The notes beneath the pieces are model-generated. The model made no database searches. It was given only the letters and a program-made list of their open reading frames with translations, and was not told the DNA's origin. The translations under genes and the position numbers were made by a program. 64,000 bases of DNA from a virus (Duplodnaviria; Caudoviricetes), in IMG/VR virus record IMGVR_UViG_3300033067_002020, positions 1 through 64,000 of that record. One strand, written 5' to 3'. Below, in pieces: positions 16,239 through 24,038 of the stretch (position 1 is the first letter of the stretch; the number at the start of each line of letters is the position of its first letter).

Positions 16239-16480
16239 AATTTAATAAAGGCGATCTAGTTGTCATTATCAATCATAACGGTGTGAAACCGCTTGATAAG
16301 ACATTTGACACAGGAACGTCTTTACGTGTTGCAGTTTATGACGATAACATGAAATATGCAACGCATCTAATAGCAAATCAACATGGAATTGTCATTGAAG
16401 ATAATGACACGATGTTAGTGAGCGTGATGTTTGAGTCAGGACGTTACTTGATTCAACGTAAATTTATAAAAAAGCAATAA
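16235..16480 (+). CDS. SH3/KOW-like family member
   Basis: FNKGDLVV ... GIVIE ... VMFESG. Confidence 0.75.
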   Translation: MKFNKGDLVVIINHNGVKPLDKTFDTGTSLRVAVYDDNMKYATHLIANQHGIVIEDNDTMLVSVMFESGRYLIQRKFIKKQ

Positions 16481-16502
16481 AAATTGCATATTTAACATTA
16501 GA

Positions 16503-17228
16503 ATGAAAGAAACTCTTAGACAATACATTTCCTTAGTTTTAGAAGCAATACATCAAGAGAGACCAGAGGGAACAACCTCAAGTAAGTTTCTATTCAATGA
16601 GTTTAAACAACTAAAAGATCAAAATGAAAAAGTTCAATACGCCAAGCAACGTCTAAAATTGCTTGGCGAAGGCTCGTCACGAATCACGTTCATCTTTACG
16701 AACAGACACGTGCTAAAAATTGCAACTAACAAAGCTGGCTTTGCACAAAACATGGCTGAACTTGACGTTGCAACAAATCCTAACATGAAACCAGTCATTG
16801 CAGAATTGAAGGATTATGATCCTAACGGTTCTTGGCTAGTTGAAGAAATGGTTCGTGAAGTCGACGATCAAGAGTTTGAAGATTTGTCTGGCGTTCCATA
16901 CGTATTTTTTACCCAAATTATCCAGTCACATGTGAATGCGTCACCGTCAGCACAAAAACGGCTTATCAGCAGACTCGATCCAAAGGGTCAGCAGTGGATA
17001 AAAAATGTCATTCATATGATTGAGACAGGAAATCTGATCGAGGCTGACTTTTTGAAAGTTGAACATTGGGGCAAGACAGGTTCAGGTCGTCTTGTCATCA
17101 TGGATTATGGTTATACTGAAGACGTGTTCAATCGTCACTACGATAGTGGTACAGTCGCTCCAACACAAATTGCTGCAACAGAAAAAGCGCCCATAAGCCA
17201 ACAACCCACACGAAATATACAAAAATAA
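16503..17228 (+). CDS. Protein-kinase-like protein
   Basis: Gly loop LLGEGSSR, VLKIA, N..E, D...HWG..GRLVIMDYG. Confidence 0.8.
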   Translation: MKETLRQYISLVLEAIHQERPEGTTSSKFLFNEFKQLKDQNEKVQYAKQRLKLLGEGSSRITFIFTNRHVLKIATNKAGFAQNMAELDVATNPNMKPVIAELKDYDPNGSWLVEEMVREVDDQEFEDLSGVPYVFFTQIIQSHVNASPSAQKRLISRLDPKGQQWIKNVIHMIETGNLIEADFLKVEHWGKTGSGRLVIMDYGYTEDVFNRHYDSGTVAPTQIAATEKAPISQQPTRNIQK

Positions 17229-17258
17229 GGTTTAGGTTACATTTGATTTTAGGTGACA

Positions 17259-17543
17259 ATGAAAAGTTTGAGACAAATGATTTTAGACGTGAAACGACGT
17301 ACATCTCCAACAGTATCTTCTGATGTTGATGAAATCATTGATCTAAAATCAAATCATGTAAAGCCTAGCACTTTGATTGGTATGTCAAAGCAGGACGCTG
17401 TGTCGTTGGTTTAAAAACAACAAATGTTAGCGCGAATCATCAGAGAAGATGATATCTGGTTTGTCGTGACTAGTGACTTGCATCACAATCGAATGAATCT
17501 TGAAATTCAAAAAGGAGTCGTGGTGAAAGCTGCGATTGGATAA
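17259..17543 (+). pseudogene. Protease-inhibitor-like (I78/potato inhibitor I) paralogue with an in-frame TAA at 17412-17414
   Basis: LIGMSKQDAVSLV*KQQMLARIIREDDIWFVVTSDLHHNRMNLEIQKGVVVKAAIG aligns with 17545-17727. Confidence 0.7.
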
Positions 17544-17544
17544 A

Positions 17545-17727
17545 ATGAACGTAAAAAATGTCATTGGAATGAACGTTAATGAAGCTGTTAAACTTTTAAA
17601 AGAATCTGGTTTCACCGTAAATCAACATAATGAAGGAATGCCCCATTTGTTGACGTGTGATTATAGACTTGATAGAGTTACAATTGTTGTTACAAATAAT
17701 ATTGTAACCAATGCTTCGTTAGGGTAA
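17545..17727 (+). CDS. Peptidase inhibitor I78/potato inhibitor I-like protein
   Basis: VIGM...EA..LL ... LTCDYRLDRVTIVV...V....LG. Confidence 0.7.
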   Translation: MNVKNVIGMNVNEAVKLLKESGFTVNQHNEGMPHLLTCDYRLDRVTIVVTNNIVTNASLG

Positions 17728-17752
17728 TCTAAAAATGTAACAGAGGTGTAAC

Positions 17753-17938
17753 ATGTTTAATGTCAGTCGTTTTGTTCTTCCCACGTTGTCTGTCGGCGGG
17801 TCAGTTACGATGATAACAGCAACTGTATGTTGTATGTTTTTTGGGCAAATTGCTGACGTTATATGTTTTGCTACAGTTACAGGATTACAAATTTACAGAT
17901 CGTATCTTGATGTTAATTCTCTAATAAAGGTAAAATAA
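17753..17938 (+). CDS. Small membrane protein
   Basis: GAGGTG SD; hydrophobic sequence. Confidence 0.6.
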   Translation: MFNVSRFVLPTLSVGGSVTMITATVCCMFFGQIADVICFATVTGLQIYRSYLDVNSLIKVK

Positions 17939-18204
17939 TGCAAAAATTGCAAATTGCTGTTGATTGTTTGTCAAATCCAATTTATATTGGCAGTAAAGTT
18001 GCGTATGCAATAGGAACTTATGGTGGTGGCTCTGCTCTTAGAATTGGTGTGGTTTACGGCGTAGACATTAATGAAAAAAGAACTTTATTGCGAATTAAAG
18101 CCACAACAGCTAAAATGTGGGATTACGAGCAACATGATTACGTGACTAAAGAAGTGAATCGTAGTACTTCAAATCTAACAAAGTTAATTGTAATTACAAC
18201 CTGA
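17938..18204 (+). CDS. Hypothetical beta-rich protein
   Basis: IYIGSKVAYA...LRIGVV, a common small phage protein pattern; coupled to the upstream stop. Confidence 0.75.
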   Translation: MQKLQIAVDCLSNPIYIGSKVAYAIGTYGGGSALRIGVVYGVDINEKRTLLRIKATTAKMWDYEQHDYVTKEVNRSTSNLTKLIVITT

Positions 18205-18216
18205 AAGGATATTGTT

Positions 18217-18576
18217 TTGAAGAGTTCTGACTATCGCGCTAGATTGAATTTTGTTGTTTCTTCTTATGTTAAGTCTGGTATTTCTGATTCATTGATACGT
18301 AACAGTCACATGAATCATTACGATGAAGAAACGATTGACTCAAACGTTGTCAAACAACACTTGTTAGCAATTGTTGATGATTTTTGTGAGTCATATCAGG
18401 GCAGCGACAAAATCATTGATGTGTTGAATGGTTTAACAAAGGTAACAAAAAAACATCAATTAGATTATGACGTCTATCGTCAAACCACGATTGATGCATA
18501 TCTTGTTGACTTTTTAAACTATTTTGCCATGAACTCTGGCGTTGATTTAGCGTTATATGTTGGCGATCTTTACTGA
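18217..18576 (+). CDS. Hypothetical protein, 119 aa
   Basis: AAGGA SD, TTG start. Confidence 0.7.
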   Translation: MKSSDYRARLNFVVSSYVKSGISDSLIRNSHMNHYDEETIDSNVVKQHLLAIVDDFCESYQGSDKIIDVLNGLTKVTKKHQLDYDVYRQTTIDAYLVDFLNYFAMNSGVDLALYVGDLY

Positions 18577-18594
18577 CAGATAGTCTAACATGTG

Positions 18595-18619
18595 AAAAGG
18601 CCTGAAAACAGGCCTTTTT
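18595..18619. terminator. Intrinsic terminator, possibly bidirectional
   Basis: AAAAGGCCTG-AAAA-CAGGCCTTTTT. Confidence 0.8.
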
Positions 18620-18657
18620 CCGTTAAACAACGATAATCTATATTTTACAATTTTCAT

Positions 18658-18939
18658 ATGTCGTCTAACACAAAAAACGTCGTAGCTATCACATTAATTG
18701 GTGTTGGTAAAGTTTGTGGATTGTGTGGAATCATGTTGGGTTATACCAATCATAGAAATGTTGCCGCGTTACTTTTGTTGATTTATGGTTTGTTGATATT
18801 AACGTCAGTTTTGCTGTGCATTTCGTCATTGATCAATAACTTAAAAATTGAAAAATCTGATAAAGATGTGATTCGACGCCTTCATGAAGAAGGCGTGTTG
18901 AAACACTATTTATTAGAGGTATGTCAAAACGCAAACTGA
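18658..18939 (+). CDS. Two-TM membrane protein
   Basis: Two hydrophobic segments; TACAAT 6 nt before the ATG. Confidence 0.75.
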   Translation: MSSNTKNVVAITLIGVGKVCGLCGIMLGYTNHRNVAALLLLIYGLLILTSVLLCISSLINNLKIEKSDKDVIRRLHEEGVLKHYLLEVCQNAN

Positions 18940-19553
18940 TAACATTATTGTTAAGTGTCCTTGTGGGATGCGAATCACCTTCTTACGCTAATTCGTCAGA
19001 TGCTTTCATATCGTTACCAGATGTGAATGATAGTGTGATAGCTGACGTGTTAGACTCATCTAACGATACATCATTCGCTAAACAAACAAAAATTTTGTTA
19101 ATAGGTGATTCACAAGCTGGTCGGTGTTCAACAAGAGTTGATCGTGTTAAAAAATCAAACGAAACGGTAGTTGTTGATTACAAGGTCAGCACAACAATCC
19201 AATATTGGAATGACAAGAGATTTGTTACTTCAATTGATCGCTTTTCGCCTGACAAAGTTGTCATATTTCTTGGCACAAACAATTATCTTGATAAAGTTTT
19301 ACCAAACATTGAATCAATTTTGACAACTGTCAAAAATAAATCGCTTGATTGCGTGTGGCTTGGACCGGTTGCCGTTCGTGGTGATAAAAACATTACAATC
19401 AATAAATTGTTGAAAAGAGCAGTTAGCGAAACTTGTGTTTATGTCGATTCAATTGATGCAAACATTCCATTAGAAGATGGAATACATCCTAGTTCATCAG
19501 GAATAGACATATGGTTGAACTTAGCATGGGACAATTTCAGAAAGCGCAATTAA
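18921..19553 (+). CDS. SGNH/GDSL-family esterase, lipoprotein-like
   Basis: LLIGDSQ, FLGTN, DGIHP; lipobox-like LVGC. Confidence 0.85.
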   Translation: MSKRKLITLLLSVLVGCESPSYANSSDAFISLPDVNDSVIADVLDSSNDTSFAKQTKILLIGDSQAGRCSTRVDRVKKSNETVVVDYKVSTTIQYWNDKRFVTSIDRFSPDKVVIFLGTNNYLDKVLPNIESILTTVKNKSLDCVWLGPVAVRGDKNITINKLLKRAVSETCVYVDSIDANIPLEDGIHPSSSGIDIWLNLAWDNFRKRN

Positions 19554-19555
19554 GA

Positions 19556-19789
19556 TTGACACAATCTGGTATTGGTTTGTGTAAAGAATCAAATTGTCAG
19601 TATCATACTGATGTATGGTTATCAACAAATAATGTGTTCATCATACTTGACATGTATGATAACAATGGGAAAAATGATTCTAGTTGTGAAAAGATTGCTA
19701 AAGTCATATCAAAGTTTGGTATGCATTGGATTCGTATTACACAATATCAACATGATTGGATAAACATGCATAGCAAGGACATAACATGA
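19556..19789 (+). CDS. SH3/KOW-like family member (start uncertain)
   Basis: NNVFIILD ... VISKFGMHWI. Confidence 0.6.
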   Translation: MTQSGIGLCKESNCQYHTDVWLSTNNVFIILDMYDNNGKNDSSCEKIAKVISKFGMHWIRITQYQHDWINMHSKDIT

Positions 19790-20316
19790 ACATCTTGATC
19801 GTAGGCCTTGGTAACGTCGGTAAGGAATATTCACAAAATCGTCATAATATAGGTTGGCATGTGTTAGATTCTTTTCACAAAGAACAACAATTTTCAGATT
19901 GGAGAGATGCATATCAAAATTGCAAAATTTCTTCTGGTGTTGCAACCAATCATAACATAACGTTATTGAAACCACTAACGATGATGAATCTTTCGGGAAA
20001 CGCTGTAAAAAATTGTGTTGAATCGAACACTCCAGATAACGTGATAGTGATACATGATGAGATGGATATTCCATATGGCGATGTAAGAATGAAATTCGGT
20101 GGGTCTCGAGCGGACCATCGTGGGCTTCGAGACGTGGTCAGGGTGCTTGATACACATGACTTTCATAGAATCCGTTGTGGGATTGGGCGTCCTCCAAAAG
20201 ATCGTAAAGTTCTTGATCACGTATTGTCTGATTTCACTCAAATTGAACTTGAAACAATGAATTGCTTTATTAACAATATTATGTGTTGTTTGAGTGAAAC
20301 TTTAAATTCATTGTGA
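19786..20316 (+). CDS. pth: Peptidyl-tRNA hydrolase
   Basis: IVGLGN.G.EY...RHNIG, KP.T.MNLSG, IHDEMD, H.GL, R.RCGIGRP. Confidence 0.95.
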   Translation: MNILIVGLGNVGKEYSQNRHNIGWHVLDSFHKEQQFSDWRDAYQNCKISSGVATNHNITLLKPLTMMNLSGNAVKNCVESNTPDNVIVIHDEMDIPYGDVRMKFGGSRADHRGLRDVVRVLDTHDFHRIRCGIGRPPKDRKVLDHVLSDFTQIELETMNCFINNIMCCLSETLNSL

Positions 20317-20338
20317 TTTTTAGTCCATACGTAAATTC

Positions 20339-20584
20339 ATGATCGATTACTTTTTTGAAGAAAAAAAAGCGAAAGGAAGATTAGTAGAAATACTAGAGGA
20401 CGATCTTATTTGCGATCATAACACTACGTCAAAAATCAAAAAAGGAGACAAAGGAGTAATCATAAACGTAATCACAAAATATCCTGATGGAAACGAGTGC
20501 GCAATTGCAAAATATGTCATCTTGTTATCGTCAGGATGTGTTATCACGCTTGAATCAATAGGAGAGACTTTTTGGTTCATTTGA
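20339..20584 (+). CDS. SH3/KOW-like family member
   Basis: GRLVEI ... KGDKGVII ... ILLSSG. Confidence 0.7.
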   Translation: MIDYFFEEKKAKGRLVEILEDDLICDHNTTSKIKKGDKGVIINVITKYPDGNECAIAKYVILLSSGCVITLESIGETFWFI

Positions 20585-20586
20585 TG

Positions 20587-20617
20587 ATGTGAATATTGTA
20601 ACATACTGTAGTAAACT
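20587..20617 (+). promoter_or_regulatory. Promoter ATGTGA-N19-TAAACT
   Basis: Exact 19-nt spacer upstream of 20647. Confidence 0.65.
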
Positions 20618-20646
20618 AAACAAATGACCCAACATGAGGTGCAATA

Positions 20647-21231
20647 TTGACAACGATTATGCAACTGTCGGCTTACTTGACGGCAGCAATGATTTCTTGG
20701 ATTCCTAACGCTGACGTTACTTGGTACGAATCTGTTGCCAACGACGTTGCGACTGTTGTCCTATCAGAAGAAGAACCTGAATTGTTCATTGATGATTTAA
20801 ACAGAACAAAAACCGGTTTATTGATGATCAGCATCGCTCGGTTTGAAAGTAATTTCATCAAGCGAATTGACGAAGGCAAGTGCTATGCAAATGAATGCGA
20901 TAATGGCAACGCATTCTCGATGTGGCAGATTCATCCAATACACGGTATCGTGCTAACACCAACGTCATACATGTATTACACTCGTGAAGTTTCACATGAT
21001 GAGAACATCATTCGTGGAATCGATCTTGTGAAAAACAGACAACTCGCATGTAAAACTGCAATGCATTTTGCTAGAGTTTCATTGTTGAAATATAAATCGT
21101 TGTGTATGTACACAGGTGAATCGTGTAAGACCGGTAGGCATCCAATGGCAGATGTCAGGTTGTCAACTGCGCTATCTTATGAAAAATCGCACCCGCTGCA
21201 ATCGCTACCTGTTGACGTAAGCCTTAGATAA
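20647..21231 (+). CDS. Lysozyme-like/lytic transglycosylase-fold protein
   Basis: SIARFESNF (catalytic-Glu-like) and G.AFSMWQIH; GAGGTG SD. Confidence 0.6.
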   Translation: MTTIMQLSAYLTAAMISWIPNADVTWYESVANDVATVVLSEEEPELFIDDLNRTKTGLLMISIARFESNFIKRIDEGKCYANECDNGNAFSMWQIHPIHGIVLTPTSYMYYTREVSHDENIIRGIDLVKNRQLACKTAMHFARVSLLKYKSLCMYTGESCKTGRHPMADVRLSTALSYEKSHPLQSLPVDVSLR

Positions 21232-21238
21232 TTTGTGT

Positions 21239-21269
21239 TTGTGAATAACTTGCGTCTTTAGGTTATGAT
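21239..21269 (+). promoter_or_regulatory. Promoter TTGTGA-N19-TATGAT (leaderless)
   Basis: ATG 21277 lies 7 nt after. Confidence 0.75.
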
Positions 21270-21276
21270 TAGATTC

Positions 21277-22449
21277 ATGCTAAAGACGCAAGAATATTTA
21301 ATGACGCATTCGTTACGTGATCTTCAAGAGCAACATGGTGTTTATGCAAAGGTTGCAAATGACGGTCGTAAATTTTCATTAAATTACGACATGATTGAAT
21401 TTCAAAAAGGCGATCCGATTGCTGAACAGTGTCGTGGCTTGATTTTACGAGCATCGTTTGACATAACTCAATTTCCACACAAAATTGTTGGCGAAACAAA
21501 AGTCGTTGCATATCCGTTTGACAAGTTTTACAATTCTTCAGAACCAGGTGTGGTGACTGTCGATTGGTCTTCTGCAAAAGTTCAAGAGAAACTAGACGGC
21601 ACGTTGTGTATCTTACATCATGATTCAACAAAGTGGTGTGTTGCGACTCGATCAGTTCCAGAAGCAAATCAAGAAATAGATGGCCGTCCTGAAATGACGT
21701 TTCGCAAGTTATTTGAACTTGCAGTAAAGGAAACATTTGGCACGACGTTTGATGTATTTACAAGTTATCTGCCAACAGATAACACGTATTGTTTTGAATT
21801 GACGTCACCTTGGAATAGGGTTCATTGCGTTTACAACGGCTCAAAAATCACCTTAATCGGTGTAAGACGTAACGTGATGCCTTATAATGAGATTGACATC
21901 GACGCTTTTGTCAATTCTGTTTCCGCCCCAATCCCGACACCTAAAAAATGGTCACTTGCTAGCATTGAAGAGATTCAAGAATTGATGAATTCGTTATCAC
22001 CAACAGAATTCGAAGGAGCGGTGATAGTCGATTCTAATTTTAATCGAATCAAGGTCAAAAATATAAATTGGGTCATTGGAAACAAATTACATACTCGTCT
22101 TGGATCATCGCCACGAAACGTTATGCGATGTATTCTAAATGACTCGATTGATGACGCTATACAATTTTTGCCCAAAGACGTGATTGATAACTTGGATAAC
22201 ATCAAAAGAAAATTATTCGTATTTTTCAATGATATCGACCAAAAAACAATCACATATAAAACCGTCGCCAATGGTGACAGAAAGGTTTTTGCAAAACTAG
22301 TCAATGAAAATGTGAAATGGCCACAACCTTGTTATCAAATCTTTTCTGGTTGTATTTCATCAACACAAGAGTATGTGAAAAAATTAGCCAGTGATGGTAA
22401 ATTGTCTCTGTCACAAATTGATTTTTTGATTGAAGTGACGCAAGGATAA
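21277..22449 (+). CDS. rnlA: T4 Rnl1-like RNA ligase (start 21277)
   Basis: CRGLIL, PFDKFYN, EKLDGTL, FEL.SP.NR, EG.VI, RIKVK. Confidence 0.9.
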   Translation: MLKTQEYLMTHSLRDLQEQHGVYAKVANDGRKFSLNYDMIEFQKGDPIAEQCRGLILRASFDITQFPHKIVGETKVVAYPFDKFYNSSEPGVVTVDWSSAKVQEKLDGTLCILHHDSTKWCVATRSVPEANQEIDGRPEMTFRKLFELAVKETFGTTFDVFTSYLPTDNTYCFELTSPWNRVHCVYNGSKITLIGVRRNVMPYNEIDIDAFVNSVSAPIPTPKKWSLASIEEIQELMNSLSPTEFEGAVIVDSNFNRIKVKNINWVIGNKLHTRLGSSPRNVMRCILNDSIDDAIQFLPKDVIDNLDNIKRKLFVFFNDIDQKTITYKTVANGDRKVFAKLVNENVKWPQPCYQIFSGCISSTQEYVKKLASDGKLSLSQIDFLIEVTQG

Positions 22450-22451
22450 AC

Positions 22452-23759
22452 ATGAACGTATTTCAAATTCTTGAACTGATTGAAACCACTCAAGGCACAA
22501 ATGCAAAAGGCGAGATTCTAAACAAACATCGTGACAATGAATTACTAAAGAGAGTTTTATTTTTGACGTCCGATCCTTATACCAATTTTTGGGTTGCAAA
22601 GGTTCCGAAGGTCAAAACATTACCAAATGAATCATCAAGTGATGAGATGATGGGATTGTTGCTGTGCGCACTTGAAAAAACTATGGCGCGTGTCGTTACT
22701 GGAAATGCCGCGAAGGACATTATTACTAACGTATTGACTGGGATGTCGCAACTTGAATATAAGTGGGCATCAAGAATCATCTCAAGAAAGATGAGATTGG
22801 GAGTCGGAGACTCTTCTATTGAGAAAGTTTGGCCAGGACTCGTTCCATCTTTCGAGCCGTCTCTTGCAAAAGAATGTGATTGGGTCATTGAAAATGACAA
22901 TCTAAAATTGTTGACGCAATTCAAGTATCCTGTCAGAGTCGAACCTAAATGGGATGGATTTCGTTGTGTTGCTGTGAAAACAAAAGGTGTTGTCACATTG
23001 TTTGCTCGAAGTGGTAGAGAGTTTGATAGAGCTCCTGCTATCAAAGCGTTTCTTGAAAAGAACATGTGTGACGAATGTGTTCTTGATGGCGAAATAATCG
23101 GTGCAGAATGGAATGACACTGCATCAATCATCGGTTCTAGAAAAAATCATAAAGATGATGCGACACTTGCCTATCACGTGTTTGATTGTCTTCCTTTTTC
23201 AGTGTGGAAGGATCAAACTGAAAGTCTAAGTTTCGCCGCTCGATCGAATTTGATCCAATCGATAATTCCTTGTAAAGTTGGTGATCCTGTGCAGAAAGCT
23301 GCAGGAATAATCGCAAACAACGAAGAGGAGATTCTTCAATATTACAGTGAAAATATTTCTGGGGGCCTTGAGGGGGTCATGATAAAGGATTTGGGAGCTC
23401 CATATTGTTTCAAACGTAGTGAAGCGATCCTAAAGCTAAAACCATTGACATCATGGGATTGTGTTGTTGTTGATGTCCTCCCAGCAAGGGAAGGAACAAA
23501 ATGGGATGGAATGTACACCATCCTAAGCGTTCAAGTCCCTGGGGGTGGAGTGACACGTGTCGGAACAGGTTTCTCAGATGAAGAAAGAGAATATCTTAAC
23601 GCACAACGATCTAACTTAATTGGCCGAGCGTGTGAAGTCGAAGGTCAACCACCTCTGACAGATGATGGTAAAATTCGATTTCCTCGATTCACACGTTGGC
23701 GAGAAGATTGGGACGTCTCGCCAGAAGTCAAGAGTTTGATCGAAGCAAACTCTAAATAA
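22452..23759 (+). CDS. ATP-dependent DNA ligase (T4 gp30-like)
   Basis: EPKWDGFR, LDGEI, YHVFD, EGVMIK, LKLKP, GTGFSD, RFPRF. Confidence 0.95.
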   Translation: MNVFQILELIETTQGTNAKGEILNKHRDNELLKRVLFLTSDPYTNFWVAKVPKVKTLPNESSSDEMMGLLLCALEKTMARVVTGNAAKDIITNVLTGMSQLEYKWASRIISRKMRLGVGDSSIEKVWPGLVPSFEPSLAKECDWVIENDNLKLLTQFKYPVRVEPKWDGFRCVAVKTKGVVTLFARSGREFDRAPAIKAFLEKNMCDECVLDGEIIGAEWNDTASIIGSRKNHKDDATLAYHVFDCLPFSVWKDQTESLSFAARSNLIQSIIPCKVGDPVQKAAGIIANNEEEILQYYSENISGGLEGVMIKDLGAPYCFKRSEAILKLKPLTSWDCVVVDVLPAREGTKWDGMYTILSVQVPGGGVTRVGTGFSDEEREYLNAQRSNLIGRACEVEGQPPLTDDGKIRFPRFTRWREDWDVSPEVKSLIEANSK

Positions 23760-23768
23760 TTTCAGTAA

Positions 23769-24038
23769 TTACAGTACACCCTCGACAACTACGTCAACTA
23801 ACGTATGACCTGTCGGGGGTGGTGTGTTTTTTGTTGATCCTGTCCACACTTCAAATGTCGCGCCGGCAACGTAATATCCACGTAAACGATAAATGATGTC
23901 AGGGGTATATGGAACGTTAAATATTCTAGTTGGTTGTCCTAACGTTGTCAAGTTTATAACTTGATTGCTTTGAATAGGCGATATTGTTGTGATCTTTTGC
24001 GGAGGATCAACAAATTTCGTTAAATTATGTGCCATCAA
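23769..24038 (-). CDS. Small protein at the end of the tail-fibre module
   Basis: Coupled (ATGA) to 24035-25171. Confidence 0.7.
   Translation of the reverse strand: MMAHNLTKFVDPPQKITTISPIQSNQVINLTTLGQPTRIFNVPYTPDIIYRLRGYYVAGATFEVWTGSTKNTPPPTGHTLVDVVVEGVL

Noticed and set aside
9211-17543. Stop-codon reassignment explaining the in-frame TGA and TAA
   Set aside because: The two lesions are different codons, and TGA, TAA and TAG all end many well-supported genes; long genes are intact in the standard code.
5283-20584. Diversity-generating retroelement behind the paralogue array
   Set aside because: No reverse transcriptase and no near-identical template/variable repeat pair; divergence is not adenine-specific.
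370-23131. Minus-strand ORFs in the left half other than 5283-5564 and the PRTase
   Set aside because: They overlap better-supported plus-strand genes that have promoters, SDs or family motifs.
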